Positions 19,837 to 28,980 of a stretch of 64,000 nucleotides of DNA are shown in pieces. Every line of letters begins with the position of its first letter. Position 1 is the stretch's first letter. The stretch is from Candidatus Poribacteria bacterium (GTDB lineage: Bacteria; Poribacteria; WGA-4E; WGA-3G). Position numbers and translations under genes: made by a program. The DNA lies in NCBI GenBank assembly GCA_958295945.1, contig OY282386.1, positions 2,906,204 to 2,970,203 on the forward strand, read 5' to 3'. The notes under the pieces were generated by a model. It was not told the DNA's origin. It searched no databases and saw only the letters and a program-made list of their open reading frames with translations.

Positions 19837-20589
19837 TCATTTCGTTGTGATATAGTATCCCCAACCTTCATCTGTCTCTTCTATCTCAACTGTGATACCT
19901 AAATCTCGAAGTTCTCCTATAGGTATACCTTGTTCAAAGGCATTATAACCACCATTTGCTTTCATCCACTTAAAAAACACAAGAGTGCGATGTGTAGATC
20001 CGGATGGAAATAAGGTATACGTTGCTTCCAATCCAGCAATTTCCTCATCTATTGTCATTGGAGGATTTCGCATATACTCCATGTAAGTATGTACTTCTGG
20101 AATATCTCCAAACCTTTCAAGGAGTTGGTTATACTGTGCACTATGAAGTTCATCTGGATCCATCGTTTCTGGATCGCCAATCCACGTACCGCGCGCTTTT
20201 GTATCCATTTCGGCATCAATAGTATCATGCCATGGATTCCTTTGAAGAGAGTGTTCATTTGTGAGCACGTCGTTCTGCGATTCTTGTTCTGTCCATTCTT
20301 CATTTGCTTTATTGTCTTTTTCCTTTAACAGATCTGAACCTTCGTGATGAATTGATGAATCAGATTCATCAGCAGATTTCAGATCACCTGGATTCTTAAC
20401 AATATCTTTTACATTTTGATCTGATGGTCTTGTGTTTGTATTCTCTTGATTTTCAGCAGGCAGTAACTCCGTGAGTTTGTCTGTAGAGTCGAGTGTGTGG
20501 AAGTTTGTTGAGAGGTAAAGTGGGACAAGAATGACAATAAACGGGATGAGAAAAATCAGTTTTTTCATACTGGTTTCTCCATTGGACAA
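19837..20589 (-). CDS. Secreted acidic hypothetical protein (250 aa)
   Basis: Signal peptide MKKLIFLIPFIVILVPLYLS (probable start at the internal MKK). No recognisable domain. Confidence 0.5.
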   Translation of the reverse strand: MSNGETSMKKLIFLIPFIVILVPLYLSTNFHTLDSTDKLTELLPAENQENTNTRPSDQNVKDIVKNPGDLKSADESDSSIHHEGSDLLKEKDNKANEEWTEQESQNDVLTNEHSLQRNPWHDTIDAEMDTKARGTWIGDPETMDPDELHSAQYNQLLERFGDIPEVHTYMEYMRNPPMTIDEEIAGLEATYTLFPSGSTHRTLVFFKWMKANGGYNAFEQGIPIGELRDLGITVEIEETDEGWGYYITTK

Positions 20590-20714
20590 TAGGTAGTCAA
20601 CTACTTGTATGACAAAAGTGGAGTAAAGGAAACTCCGTTCGTAATATCTATAAACGAATCTTGATATGATTATAGCATATTGCTCTCATCAAATCAAGGT
20701 TTTATAGTTTCAAT

Positions 20715-20781
20715 CCTAATGCCGGAAATGGCGGATACCTGTCAATACCATTGCCATACCGTAAGCGTCCGCAGTTTCAAT
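20715..20781 (-). repeat. 67-bp duplicate (66/67 identical) of the 3' end of purH (last 21 codons plus stop), a candidate attR-like remnant
   Basis: cctaatgccggaaatggcggatacctgtcaataccattgccataccGtaagcgtccgcagtttcaat differs from 23575-23641 at one base. The native copy encodes ...IETADAYGMAMVLTGIRHFRH*. Confidence 0.7.
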
Positions 20782-20871
20782 GAAAGATAACCTAATATGT
20801 TATATCCTTATGTTGCATGTATAAAATAAAATCAATTAGGATTTTTGAGTAGGGATCGGCTTCCAAATGTA

Positions 20872-21186
20872 CTAAGTGTCCAAAGGCACACGACAGATAC
20901 CGATCAAATCAAGTCCTCGGTTAAGTTGTTTCTCAGTAATCTGAAAATCAGAGACTGTGATAGCATACATCACATCACGACTGGTAATGCTTATGAAAGA
21001 CTTTAACAACTGACCTCCTACATCAAAACTAAATTGTAATAACCGCTTAGGAAGCCGTTGTCGCAGATTCAGGATATCCCACTTAAAAATATTTCGAATG
21101 TGGTGTTCGCGTATGTCTTGAAATTGATGTACTTTTGAATTACCTTGAAGCGCGTAAAGTGTTACGTCTTTAAAACTCGTCAACAA
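20872..21186 (-). CDS. Hypothetical protein or gene fragment (104 aa from a TTG start; frame open to ~21222 without an ATG)
   Basis: ORF only; no canonical start. The upstream in-frame extension ...WPYHEREYTADEFREF... suggests a truncated gene. Confidence 0.3.
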   Translation of the reverse strand: MLTSFKDVTLYALQGNSKVHQFQDIREHHIRNIFKWDILNLRQRLPKRLLQFSFDVGGQLLKSFISITSRDVMYAITVSDFQITEKQLNRGLDLIGICRVPLDT

Positions 21187-21280
21187 AAACTCTCGGAATT
21201 CATCAGCGGTGTATTCGCGTTCATGGTAGGGCCACTGAAAACCAGTTGCACGTCATAAGATGTACATGTTTTTCATAAAG

Positions 21281-22921
21281 TTACTCCTTCTGTGAGTCAT
21301 CAGCGTTTGAAGGCTGTGAACGTTTTGGTGGCGGCACCTTTTGCGGATTTCTGCGGAAATACTCAGCCAGTTCTGGATCATCCTTTGCGAGTCTTCGCAA
21401 TCCCTCTTTTGGTCCGTGGTTCTGCAAAATTTGCTTCGCCTTGTTGAACCGTTCTGGAGTTAGCGGTTTTGGCGTGATTTTTTCACGGAGTGCATCCTCA
21501 AGACTTGCCTCAGTTGGAAGTCCGGGTAGCAGTTGTTGGCGTAGTTGTTTTTCAAGTTCGGTAGCAATTTCTGCATCGGACATAGTTGCGAATTTTTCAA
21601 GTTGTCGGACCTCCCGCATGAACTGTTCAAATTCGGGTTGCCGTCCGACTTCTTCTACATGTCGTTCGAATTCTTCTCTGGCGCGTTCGAATTCTTCTCT
21701 TTCACGTTGTTTTTGAAAATCCAATTCGGTATCTGTGTTTTCTGGTGGAAGAAATTCCTCAAAGTCGTCAGAATCTGGTATAGGCGCATCTTTGTCCCAC
21801 CATTCTTCGGGAGGTGGGTTTTCACCTTCTGCCAACATCTTACGGAACTCTTCTCGTTTAAATGGAGGAGGTTTCTCCTCAAGGGTCTTTCCCATTTCAT
21901 CAAGATATATAATTTCAATTCCTTCCGGTTCAATCCCTCTAAAGAGGAGGCCAAACTGTTGTTCTCTGGTGAGGGATGCTCCAATGTAACTCACACGGTA
22001 ATCGGATTTGCGCTGCACGTAGGTCATTTTCCTACCTACATAAAAGGGCAGTTCCGTTTCGTTATTAGATCCGGCAAGCCCCAGAAAATGAATACGTTCA
22101 TCTGCACGCCGAGCATTATGAAAACGTTGCTTATAATCAATTTCTTTTTCAAGATGAGCAGTTTTAAGTGCCTCTATATCAGACGCAGGAATTCCCAGGC
22201 CTCTTGAACGCATTTCCCGGAACTGTAGGTCATTTTCAATGGTAATTAAGTCCCCTCTGATCCTCATATACTCTGAATATTCGGCTGCATTTTGTATGGT
22301 AAGACCTCTATCAAGAATCGATTGGAGCCACTGTTGGGGAGGGTATATTCTATCAATCTCGCTAGATAACTTGCCTTTGTTGTAGTTGGTGTGAAACGCA
22401 TCCATTAGTGCTTCAACGGTTTGGGGACCGGTATGTTTTTTGCCGACTGTATCATAAGCTGGTGTATCATCATAAGCTGGTGTATCGGTGATATCCACCT
22501 TGACATCAGATTCAGACACCAATGGTGGTGTATCGGATTTCTTTTTTTCCTTTTCTGCAGCAGCTATAGCGATGGATCGGACTTGTTTACGGAGCTCAAC
22601 AAGTTCTTCATCGGTGAGCGTCCAATGTTTTTTTGCTGCTGCATCTATGAATTTTTTCATTGCGACATCTATCTGTTTTTCTATCCAAACATCCCAAGGA
22701 TCCGTATCATCCGCGAGATGTTTTGAAATTTCCTTGCGGTTGGTTGAGGCATGGTCCGTGGAATCCTCCCATGATTTTTCACTAATGACAGAATTTTCTG
22801 TCTTAGATTGAGTGAAGAGATAGATTCCTACAATAAGAATCAAACAACCTATTAATCCGCCGAGAAAAAACTTGTTAGAAAAAAGTTTCATTTTGTTATC
22901 TCCTTGTTTAAGATTCTTCAA
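21281..22921 (-). CDS. Membrane-anchored, highly charged low-complexity protein (546 aa) with internal short repeats
   Basis: N-terminal TM segment (FFLGGLIGCLILIVGIYLF). Repeats TDTPAYDDTPAYDT and REEFERAREEFERHV. The C-terminal half is E/R/K-rich and looks coiled-coil or disordered. Confidence 0.55.
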   Translation of the reverse strand: MKNLKQGDNKMKLFSNKFFLGGLIGCLILIVGIYLFTQSKTENSVISEKSWEDSTDHASTNRKEISKHLADDTDPWDVWIEKQIDVAMKKFIDAAAKKHWTLTDEELVELRKQVRSIAIAAAEKEKKKSDTPPLVSESDVKVDITDTPAYDDTPAYDTVGKKHTGPQTVEALMDAFHTNYNKGKLSSEIDRIYPPQQWLQSILDRGLTIQNAAEYSEYMRIRGDLITIENDLQFREMRSRGLGIPASDIEALKTAHLEKEIDYKQRFHNARRADERIHFLGLAGSNNETELPFYVGRKMTYVQRKSDYRVSYIGASLTREQQFGLLFRGIEPEGIEIIYLDEMGKTLEEKPPPFKREEFRKMLAEGENPPPEEWWDKDAPIPDSDDFEEFLPPENTDTELDFQKQREREEFERAREEFERHVEEVGRQPEFEQFMREVRQLEKFATMSDAEIATELEKQLRQQLLPGLPTEASLEDALREKITPKPLTPERFNKAKQILQNHGPKEGLRRLAKDDPELAEYFRRNPQKVPPPKRSQPSNADDSQKE

Positions 22922-23118
22922 GTTAGTGCACTAATGTATAAGACACATGCTAACACGTCTTCGGTTTAAGAACAACAATATCTGTGCCATGTCCTTCCGG
23001 ATGTAAAAACCCCACCTGCAACAAAAAAAGTCCAAACGAAACGCACACCCAAAGACAGCGCGATCGTGAAGACTCCAGATATAGATTTGTAATATGAAAA
23101 AATTAGTGGATTTTCGCT

Positions 23119-23130
23119 GGGGGGGGGGGG
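23119..23130. repeat. Homopolymeric G12 tract in an AT-rich non-coding stretch
   Basis: ttttcgctgggggggggggcacgg read directly. It lies ~200 bp upstream (minus-strand sense) of the 546-aa gene start. Confidence 0.8.
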
Positions 23131-23574
23131 CACGGACAACCAAGAGCATATATTGCCCTTGAGCAAATTCTTTCTCAAATAATAAGTACTTAGGATCGAT
23201 TTTTTCTTAATTATTGTGGTACTCAAGTGTTTATTATTCATTTTTAAATCCCACTCCACTTATTGAGTTATAGTATCATAACACAAATTCCGGTAAATGT
23301 CAAATTTATTTAAAAAAATTCGTAAAATTTCTTAGTTTTTCACTGTCTCCCTGCCATCACAAAGACGGTGAAGATGCAAGACCGATTGTCGCACCCATCA
23401 CCATAACTTTTCAATCGGTAGTTTTCCAATGTGTCGATCTCGTTTGAAAGTTTCCCTGACCAATTCGAGAGTGAAATACCGAGATTACCAGAAGTCCACT
23501 CATCCGGTTGATACTCACGCCGTGCTAAACTCCAGCGCGGTATCATATCAGAATAGTCCCTGTAATCTTCAAAC

Positions 23575-25158
23575 CTAATGCCGGAAATGGCGGATACCTG
23601 TCAATACCATTGCCATACCATAAGCGTCCGCAGTTTCTATCACCAAGTCATCATTTACAGAGCCACCGGGTTGGATGATTGCACGGATGCCTGCTTCACC
23701 GGCAATCTCCACGCCATCAGGGAATGGGAAGAAAGCATCAGAAGCTAAGACAGAATCTTTTGCCTTTTCTCCTGCTTTACGAACAGCGATAATCGCAGCA
23801 TCTACACGACTCATCTGCCCCGCACCGATTCCTACTGTTTGTGTCCCTTGCGCAAGTAGAATACAGTTGGATTTGACATGCTTGCATGCTTTCCATGCAA
23901 ATAACAAGGATTCTATCTCTTCGTGCGTGGGTTTACGTTTTGAGACAACTTGTAAATCACTTCTAACAATGTGATGTACATCTTGTTCTTGAACAAGCAC
24001 ACCGCCACTGACATTACGTATTTGCATAGGATTTGTTACTGTAGACGGAGTGTGGCTACTACTATTCAAAGGTCCTGTTTCAAGTATTCTACGGTTTTCC
24101 ACGCGGGACAATGCATACAATGCTTTATCAGTGTAACTCGGAGCGATAATTGCTTCTATTTTCACTCCAGATTTTGCTGCTTCGCGTATCGTATTCGCTG
24201 TTTGAATGGTAACTTTACGGTTTAAGCCTACAATTGAACCGAATGCAGAAGTTTTGTCACATTCAAGTGCGTTTGTAAATGCATCTTGGAGGTTTTCAGC
24301 ACTTGCAAGTCCACACGGATTGTTGTGTTTGATGATGGCACATGCAGGTGTTTTGAAGTCCTTCACTATTTCTAAGGCAGCATCCAAATCGAGGATGTTA
24401 TTGAAAGATAAGGGCGAACCATTCAGTTGTTTTGCCCAAGCAGCGCACGGACCGGGTTTTGTATCAGTTCTGTAAAATGCAGCACTCTGATGTGGATTCT
24501 CACCATATCTCAACGAATCTGCTTTATGATATTGTAGTGAAAGTGTATTACTGAATTCATCGTTATTATCTAAATTGGCAAGATAGGTAGAAATTGCTCT
24601 GTCGTAATGTGCGGTGTGGAGGAAGGCTTTTTTTGCTAACTCAAAGCGTAACTCGTCGGAGAGACATCCATCGTTAATATCTAAATCAGAAATAATCTGT
24701 GCATACTGGTTAGAGTCAGTTAGGACTGCAACTTGCTGATAGTTCTTGGCTGCGGCGCGAATCATTGTTGGTCCGCCGATGTCTATATTTTCAATGGCAT
24801 CTTCAAGGGTGACATCAGGTTTGGCAACTGTTTCCTCAAATGGATAGAGGTTGCAAATCACCATGTCAATGGGTTTTATGCCGTTTTCTTCTGCTTGTGC
24901 TGCATGTTCAGCATTATCCCATTGTGCAAGCAAGCCGCCATGGACTTTAGGGTGAAGTGTCTTAACTCTCCCATCTAACATCTCTGGAAAGCCAGTGTAT
25001 TCAGAGACATCAATAATCTCTATACCTGTTTCACGAAGATGTTTAGCAGTGCCGCCAGTGGAAAGTATTTCAACCTTATGTTGTACGAGTGCATTTGCAA
25101 TGTCAATTAGGTCAGTCTTATCATAAGTACTGATGAGCGCGCGTTGAATCTTTTTCAT
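23575..25158 (-). CDS. purH: Bifunctional AICAR transformylase / IMP cyclohydrolase
   Basis: The N-terminal MGS-like IMP cyclohydrolase domain begins MKKIQRALISTYDKTDL...LSTGGTAKHL. The AICARFT domain follows. The C-terminus GMAMVLTGIRHFRH is the conserved PurH end. Confidence 0.9.
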   Translation of the reverse strand: MKKIQRALISTYDKTDLIDIANALVQHKVEILSTGGTAKHLRETGIEIIDVSEYTGFPEMLDGRVKTLHPKVHGGLLAQWDNAEHAAQAEENGIKPIDMVICNLYPFEETVAKPDVTLEDAIENIDIGGPTMIRAAAKNYQQVAVLTDSNQYAQIISDLDINDGCLSDELRFELAKKAFLHTAHYDRAISTYLANLDNNDEFSNTLSLQYHKADSLRYGENPHQSAAFYRTDTKPGPCAAWAKQLNGSPLSFNNILDLDAALEIVKDFKTPACAIIKHNNPCGLASAENLQDAFTNALECDKTSAFGSIVGLNRKVTIQTANTIREAAKSGVKIEAIIAPSYTDKALYALSRVENRRILETGPLNSSSHTPSTVTNPMQIRNVSGGVLVQEQDVHHIVRSDLQVVSKRKPTHEEIESLLFAWKACKHVKSNCILLAQGTQTVGIGAGQMSRVDAAIIAVRKAGEKAKDSVLASDAFFPFPDGVEIAGEAGIRAIIQPGGSVNDDLVIETADAYGMAMVLTGIRHFRH

Positions 25159-25197
25159 ATCAAATATAGTCTCTATTTTGTGTATATGCCAATCTTT

Positions 25198-26499
25198 CTA
25201 TGTTATATATCTTGGAAATCCGAAACCATCATTAGCGACGTGGCTTCTGGCAGGAATTTGTGCGCGTGTCGGTATTATGAGATTCATTTCGGATGTGTTT
25301 TCTATCACCGTGCCATCACCGATCCGCACTTCATCTCCAATCATGATTTTTCCCGGATGTTCAGCAGCACCACGGATAGTTCCAATAACAACGGATGAGC
25401 CGATCCGACACCTTTGATCAATCTCCACGAACCCATATATTTCAGTATTTGTGCCGATAGTTGTGCGATCAGCGATTTGTACTGGACCGAGGAGGCTTGT
25501 ATCCGTGCCAATTTCAACAAAATCACCGATAACCGGATGCCGTTGCTTGACTTTGACACTCAAACCACCAAGTGTGCATGGATAAATCACACATCCTGAG
25601 CCGATGATTCCCGTTTGTCCGGTTGTTACGCCTCGGTGTGGATGTTCTAAAAGATTCGCGTCCCCGATTTGCGTTTCTGGGTGTAAATCAGCTTGATAAT
25701 AACGACCGCCTAATTCTGAGATCGCTCGAGGCAAGAGGGGGACAGGCACTCTATGAAGGTCTGTGTTGTCTTCTGGCGGTTCGGTTCGTGTTAAGGCATG
25801 TGCGACATCGTGATAGAAGAGTACTCGCCAACCGGGGTATGTACTGACAACCAGTTGTAGTTGATAAACTAATGCAGCAGTAGCGTTCAATGTGCCGAGA
25901 AAGTCTTCGTACGGTTCAAAAGTGCGTTCATGGATTGCGACATCTATGTGTTTACGAAAGTCCTGTGCAGCAATTTTTTCACGAGAAACACCGTTATGGA
26001 GTAGATATGCATCCCATACGGCTGGGTCTTTGAGAGAAGCGAAACGGTTCCATAACGCTCGACTTTTCAATCTTGGGAGTTCCCATAGAAGGGAGAAGGC
26101 AGTTTCAAGAGCAGCTTCAAGATGTTTTTCGTCAGGAACTGCTAAGAACGATTGTACGACCATTGCATATAACTGGTCGGCTACCTCTTCAATTGCTTCT
26201 GATAGTTCACGTTTTTGATTCTGTAGCTGTGGTGCGTTGTGTGACCCTGGTGCGACACATTCCAGTAAATTACCCAGCACAGTTTCAAGTATATCTCTGT
26301 TGACAAAACCACGTCCAGAACGTTGTGCTAAACCTTCTCGACTCGTGCTATCTATACGCAAGGCGTTGAGATCAGACCTACTGTAGATTGGACGTAGACG
26401 ATCTATGGTTTTTTCCAATAGTGGTTTCTTGCGTTGTTCATAGGAAGAATCAAATATTGTAGTTTCAGACATAATGTCTCCAGAAAATAGGTTTACCAA
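25198..26499 (-). CDS. Serine O-acetyltransferase-like protein (CysE-type left-handed beta-helix C-terminus) with a long N-terminal helical extension
   Basis: C-terminal hexapeptide region DLHPETQIGDANLLEHPHRGVTTGQTGIIGSGCVIYPCTLGG...RHPVIGDFVEIGTDTSLLGPVQIAD matches the SAT active-site pattern (DIHPxAxIG...RHPxIxD). Probable start at the internal MSETT. Confidence 0.5.
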   Translation of the reverse strand: MVNLFSGDIMSETTIFDSSYEQRKKPLLEKTIDRLRPIYSRSDLNALRIDSTSREGLAQRSGRGFVNRDILETVLGNLLECVAPGSHNAPQLQNQKRELSEAIEEVADQLYAMVVQSFLAVPDEKHLEAALETAFSLLWELPRLKSRALWNRFASLKDPAVWDAYLLHNGVSREKIAAQDFRKHIDVAIHERTFEPYEDFLGTLNATAALVYQLQLVVSTYPGWRVLFYHDVAHALTRTEPPEDNTDLHRVPVPLLPRAISELGGRYYQADLHPETQIGDANLLEHPHRGVTTGQTGIIGSGCVIYPCTLGGLSVKVKQRHPVIGDFVEIGTDTSLLGPVQIADRTTIGTNTEIYGFVEIDQRCRIGSSVVIGTIRGAAEHPGKIMIGDEVRIGDGTVIENTSEMNLIIPTRAQIPARSHVANDGFGFPRYIT

Positions 26500-26543
26500 A
26501 TGTAAGAAAAATCAGCCTATTCGCTTTGTGTATATCTTTATTG

Positions 26544-27692
26544 TCATTCTGTATTTGTCAACTTTGTGAATATTTCCTGAGCAGCTGCAACACCCGCGCC
26601 AAGTTCAACATCGTATCCTATTTCCATCAGTCCTCTCTCAAAAGCAGATATGGCAACAATAACATCGTCTGCGTTCATCCATCCAAGATGTGCGATTCGG
26701 ACTATCTTACCACTCAACTCACCTTGACCACCAGCATAGGTGATGCCGTGTCTTTCTCTCATCATCTTCACAAATGCTTTACCATCAATTTCTTTCGGTA
26801 AACGGATTGATGTTAATGTGTTCGCGGGTGATGAGGCAAACAGTGGAAGACCGATGGCTTTAACAGCATTTCGTGTTGCTCTTGCCATAAGACTATGACG
26901 AGTGATTGTATTGCGGATACCTTCGTCACAAATACGGTTTAACGCACATTGTAATGCGATTAGAAGCGTAACTGCTGGCGTGTATGGAACTGAACCTTCT
27001 AATCCTCTTTTATGTGCCTTACGATAGTCTAAGTAGTATTTCGGCAAATCTGACTTTTCTGTCGCTTCCCATGCACGTTGACTTAGTGCAGCAAAAGCAA
27101 GTCCGGGTGGTGTCATCAATCCTTTCTGCGAACATGATACGATAACATCAACACCCCATTTATCCATCTGCAAATCATCTGCACCGAGTGCACTTACAGC
27201 ATCAACAACGAGTAAGGTTGGCGTGTTCTGTGTTATCCCTGCAAGTGCTTCAATGTCGTGCAGTACTCCTGTGGAAGTTTCGCAGAGTGTTGCGAAAACT
27301 GCTTTTGCGTCAGGCTGTGATGACAACTCAGCTTCAACTCTTTCAGGGGAGACGGAATCTCCCCATCTCACATCAATAGGAAGGACATTCACACCATAGG
27401 TATCGCAGATTTCTGCCCACCTTTCACCAAATTTTCCGCTGCGAAGAACGATGACCCTATCTCCTCTGCATAGTAAGTTTGTAACAGCACCTTCCATCGC
27501 ACCAGTACCAGATGATGTCAAGAACAGGACATCGTTTTCAGTTTGGAAAACATGCTTCAATTTTTCCAAAACATCTTTAATGAGGGCAACTGTATCATCG
27601 CTTCGATGATAGTCAATGGGTTGTGCCATTGCTAACAACGCGTCTGGCGGTATTGGTGTTGGACCTGGCGTAAAGAGATGACTTTTTTTCAT
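26544..27692 (-). CDS. Class V PLP-dependent aminotransferase (serine-pyruvate/alanine-glyoxylate aminotransferase family)
   Basis: 382 aa; LFTPGPTPIP N-terminus, a GTGAMEGAV segment and an S-x-x-K-type lysine region typical of AGXT-like enzymes. Confidence 0.7.
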   Translation of the reverse strand: MKKSHLFTPGPTPIPPDALLAMAQPIDYHRSDDTVALIKDVLEKLKHVFQTENDVLFLTSSGTGAMEGAVTNLLCRGDRVIVLRSGKFGERWAEICDTYGVNVLPIDVRWGDSVSPERVEAELSSQPDAKAVFATLCETSTGVLHDIEALAGITQNTPTLLVVDAVSALGADDLQMDKWGVDVIVSCSQKGLMTPPGLAFAALSQRAWEATEKSDLPKYYLDYRKAHKRGLEGSVPYTPAVTLLIALQCALNRICDEGIRNTITRHSLMARATRNAVKAIGLPLFASSPANTLTSIRLPKEIDGKAFVKMMRERHGITYAGGQGELSGKIVRIAHLGWMNADDVIVAISAFERGLMEIGYDVELGAGVAAAQEIFTKLTNTE

Positions 27693-27699
27693 GATTGGC

Positions 27700-27915
27700 T
27701 TAAGATGTGCCTACTGCTCCGGGTGATTTGCTCTCAACTTCCATAACAACCCACTCTCTACTGAGAAGTTGTAGTATTGCGACGATAGCTTCACGTTGTA
27801 CTGCACTATCCATAGGAACTTCAACTGTGAGTGTCGCGAATTCCTCTTTTTGAACGTCTCCATCTTTGTCAAACTTCATTGGTGTAATTTGTATTTTTTT
27901 CAGTTTTGCATCCAT
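27700..27915 (-). CDS. Small hypothetical protein (71 aa) within the aminotransferase-oxidoreductase operon
   Basis: Tightly spaced, 8 nt and 30 nt from its neighbours. No known domain. Confidence 0.4.
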   Translation of the reverse strand: MDAKLKKIQITPMKFDKDGDVQKEEFATLTVEVPMDSAVQREAIVAILQLLSREWVVMEVESKSPGAVGTS

Positions 27916-27944
27916 AATAAATCCCCTATATTGAAATTAAATTA

Positions 27945-28967
27945 TTAGGTAATATCCATGAATGTAGCCATATCTATACATAGTCCGCTGCGCTGGGAAG
28001 ATTCCCAACCTGCCAAAACAGGTGCTAAAGAGAAAAGTCCGTCATGATAGTCGCTTTGCAAAATGCTTACATCACTAGTTTGAATGGCACGAATAAAGGT
28101 TTTGTCTTGTGCTAACCATGGATTGAATTCCTCTGCTTGATAGAATAATTCACCATTTACCTCTATTCTATCGTAGCGGAAGATAGCGAGATAGCCACCT
28201 TCATAGAAAACAGTAAACCACGGTTCATCATTGGGACTTGCTCCTGCAGAGATAAAGTTGAGTGCCATAGTTGCACCGTTTTCAAAGGAGTAATTGAATA
28301 TACACGATAACGGTGTGTTATATGATGAACGTTCACAATAAAACGCTTGCGACTTAGACACGTTCAGACCTGTCATAAATCGACTATAATCAGTAGCATG
28401 GACACCCCAATCAAGTGCGCGTCCACCAGATTTATTCATGTCTGCCCACCATGTTTTCGGTGAATTCTCTGCTTTGGCAGGTAATCCTCCGTAACTTACA
28501 AAACGCACATGCACGATGGTTTTATCCATCAAAAATTCACGTGCTTTTTGGAAGATCGGACGATAGCGTTCACGAAATCCAACAGTGCTAATAACTCCCG
28601 CATGTTGAATTGCTTTGTCAATTCGGTTGGCAACCTGCATATTGATTGCCTGCGGTTTTTCACTGAAAATATGGATACCTTTTTGTGCAGCAGTTACCTC
28701 AACATCTGTCCGCACATAAGCTGGTACGATAGAATACAACACGTCAAAATCGTGTGAATTCAGCATTTCGTATGCCCCACCATTTTCGCTGTGATAGATA
28801 TTTGGAACATCAAACTGTTCAGCAACTTCCTGTGCCGTTTCCATATTACTATCACACACAGCAATTATATTAACGGGATCTAACTGCAAAAGGTTCGGAA
28901 TTCGGGTTTTTTTAGCGAAATTTCCGCATCCGTAGAAGGCAACGCGAACATTTGATGTGATTGGCAC
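27945..28967 (-). CDS. Gfo/Idh/MocA family oxidoreductase
   Basis: N-terminal Rossmann region VRVAFYGCGNFAKKTRIPNL... and an EKP motif (FSEKPQAIN); 340 aa. Confidence 0.75.
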   Translation of the reverse strand: MPITSNVRVAFYGCGNFAKKTRIPNLLQLDPVNIIAVCDSNMETAQEVAEQFDVPNIYHSENGGAYEMLNSHDFDVLYSIVPAYVRTDVEVTAAQKGIHIFSEKPQAINMQVANRIDKAIQHAGVISTVGFRERYRPIFQKAREFLMDKTIVHVRFVSYGGLPAKAENSPKTWWADMNKSGGRALDWGVHATDYSRFMTGLNVSKSQAFYCERSSYNTPLSCIFNYSFENGATMALNFISAGASPNDEPWFTVFYEGGYLAIFRYDRIEVNGELFYQAEEFNPWLAQDKTFIRAIQTSDVSILQSDYHDGLFSLAPVLAGWESSQRSGLCIDMATFMDIT

Positions 28968-28980
28968 AATATGATTCTCC

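Noticed and set aside
21545-22207. 220-aa plus-strand ORF, and other 80-110 aa ORFs at 21441-22811
   Set aside because: Antisense or shadow ORFs inside the 546-aa minus-strand gene, with Phe/Ser-rich low-complexity translation and no start context.
23340-23546. 68-aa minus-strand ORF downstream of purH
   Set aside because: It lies in an AT-rich non-coding stretch with no start context and is probably spurious.
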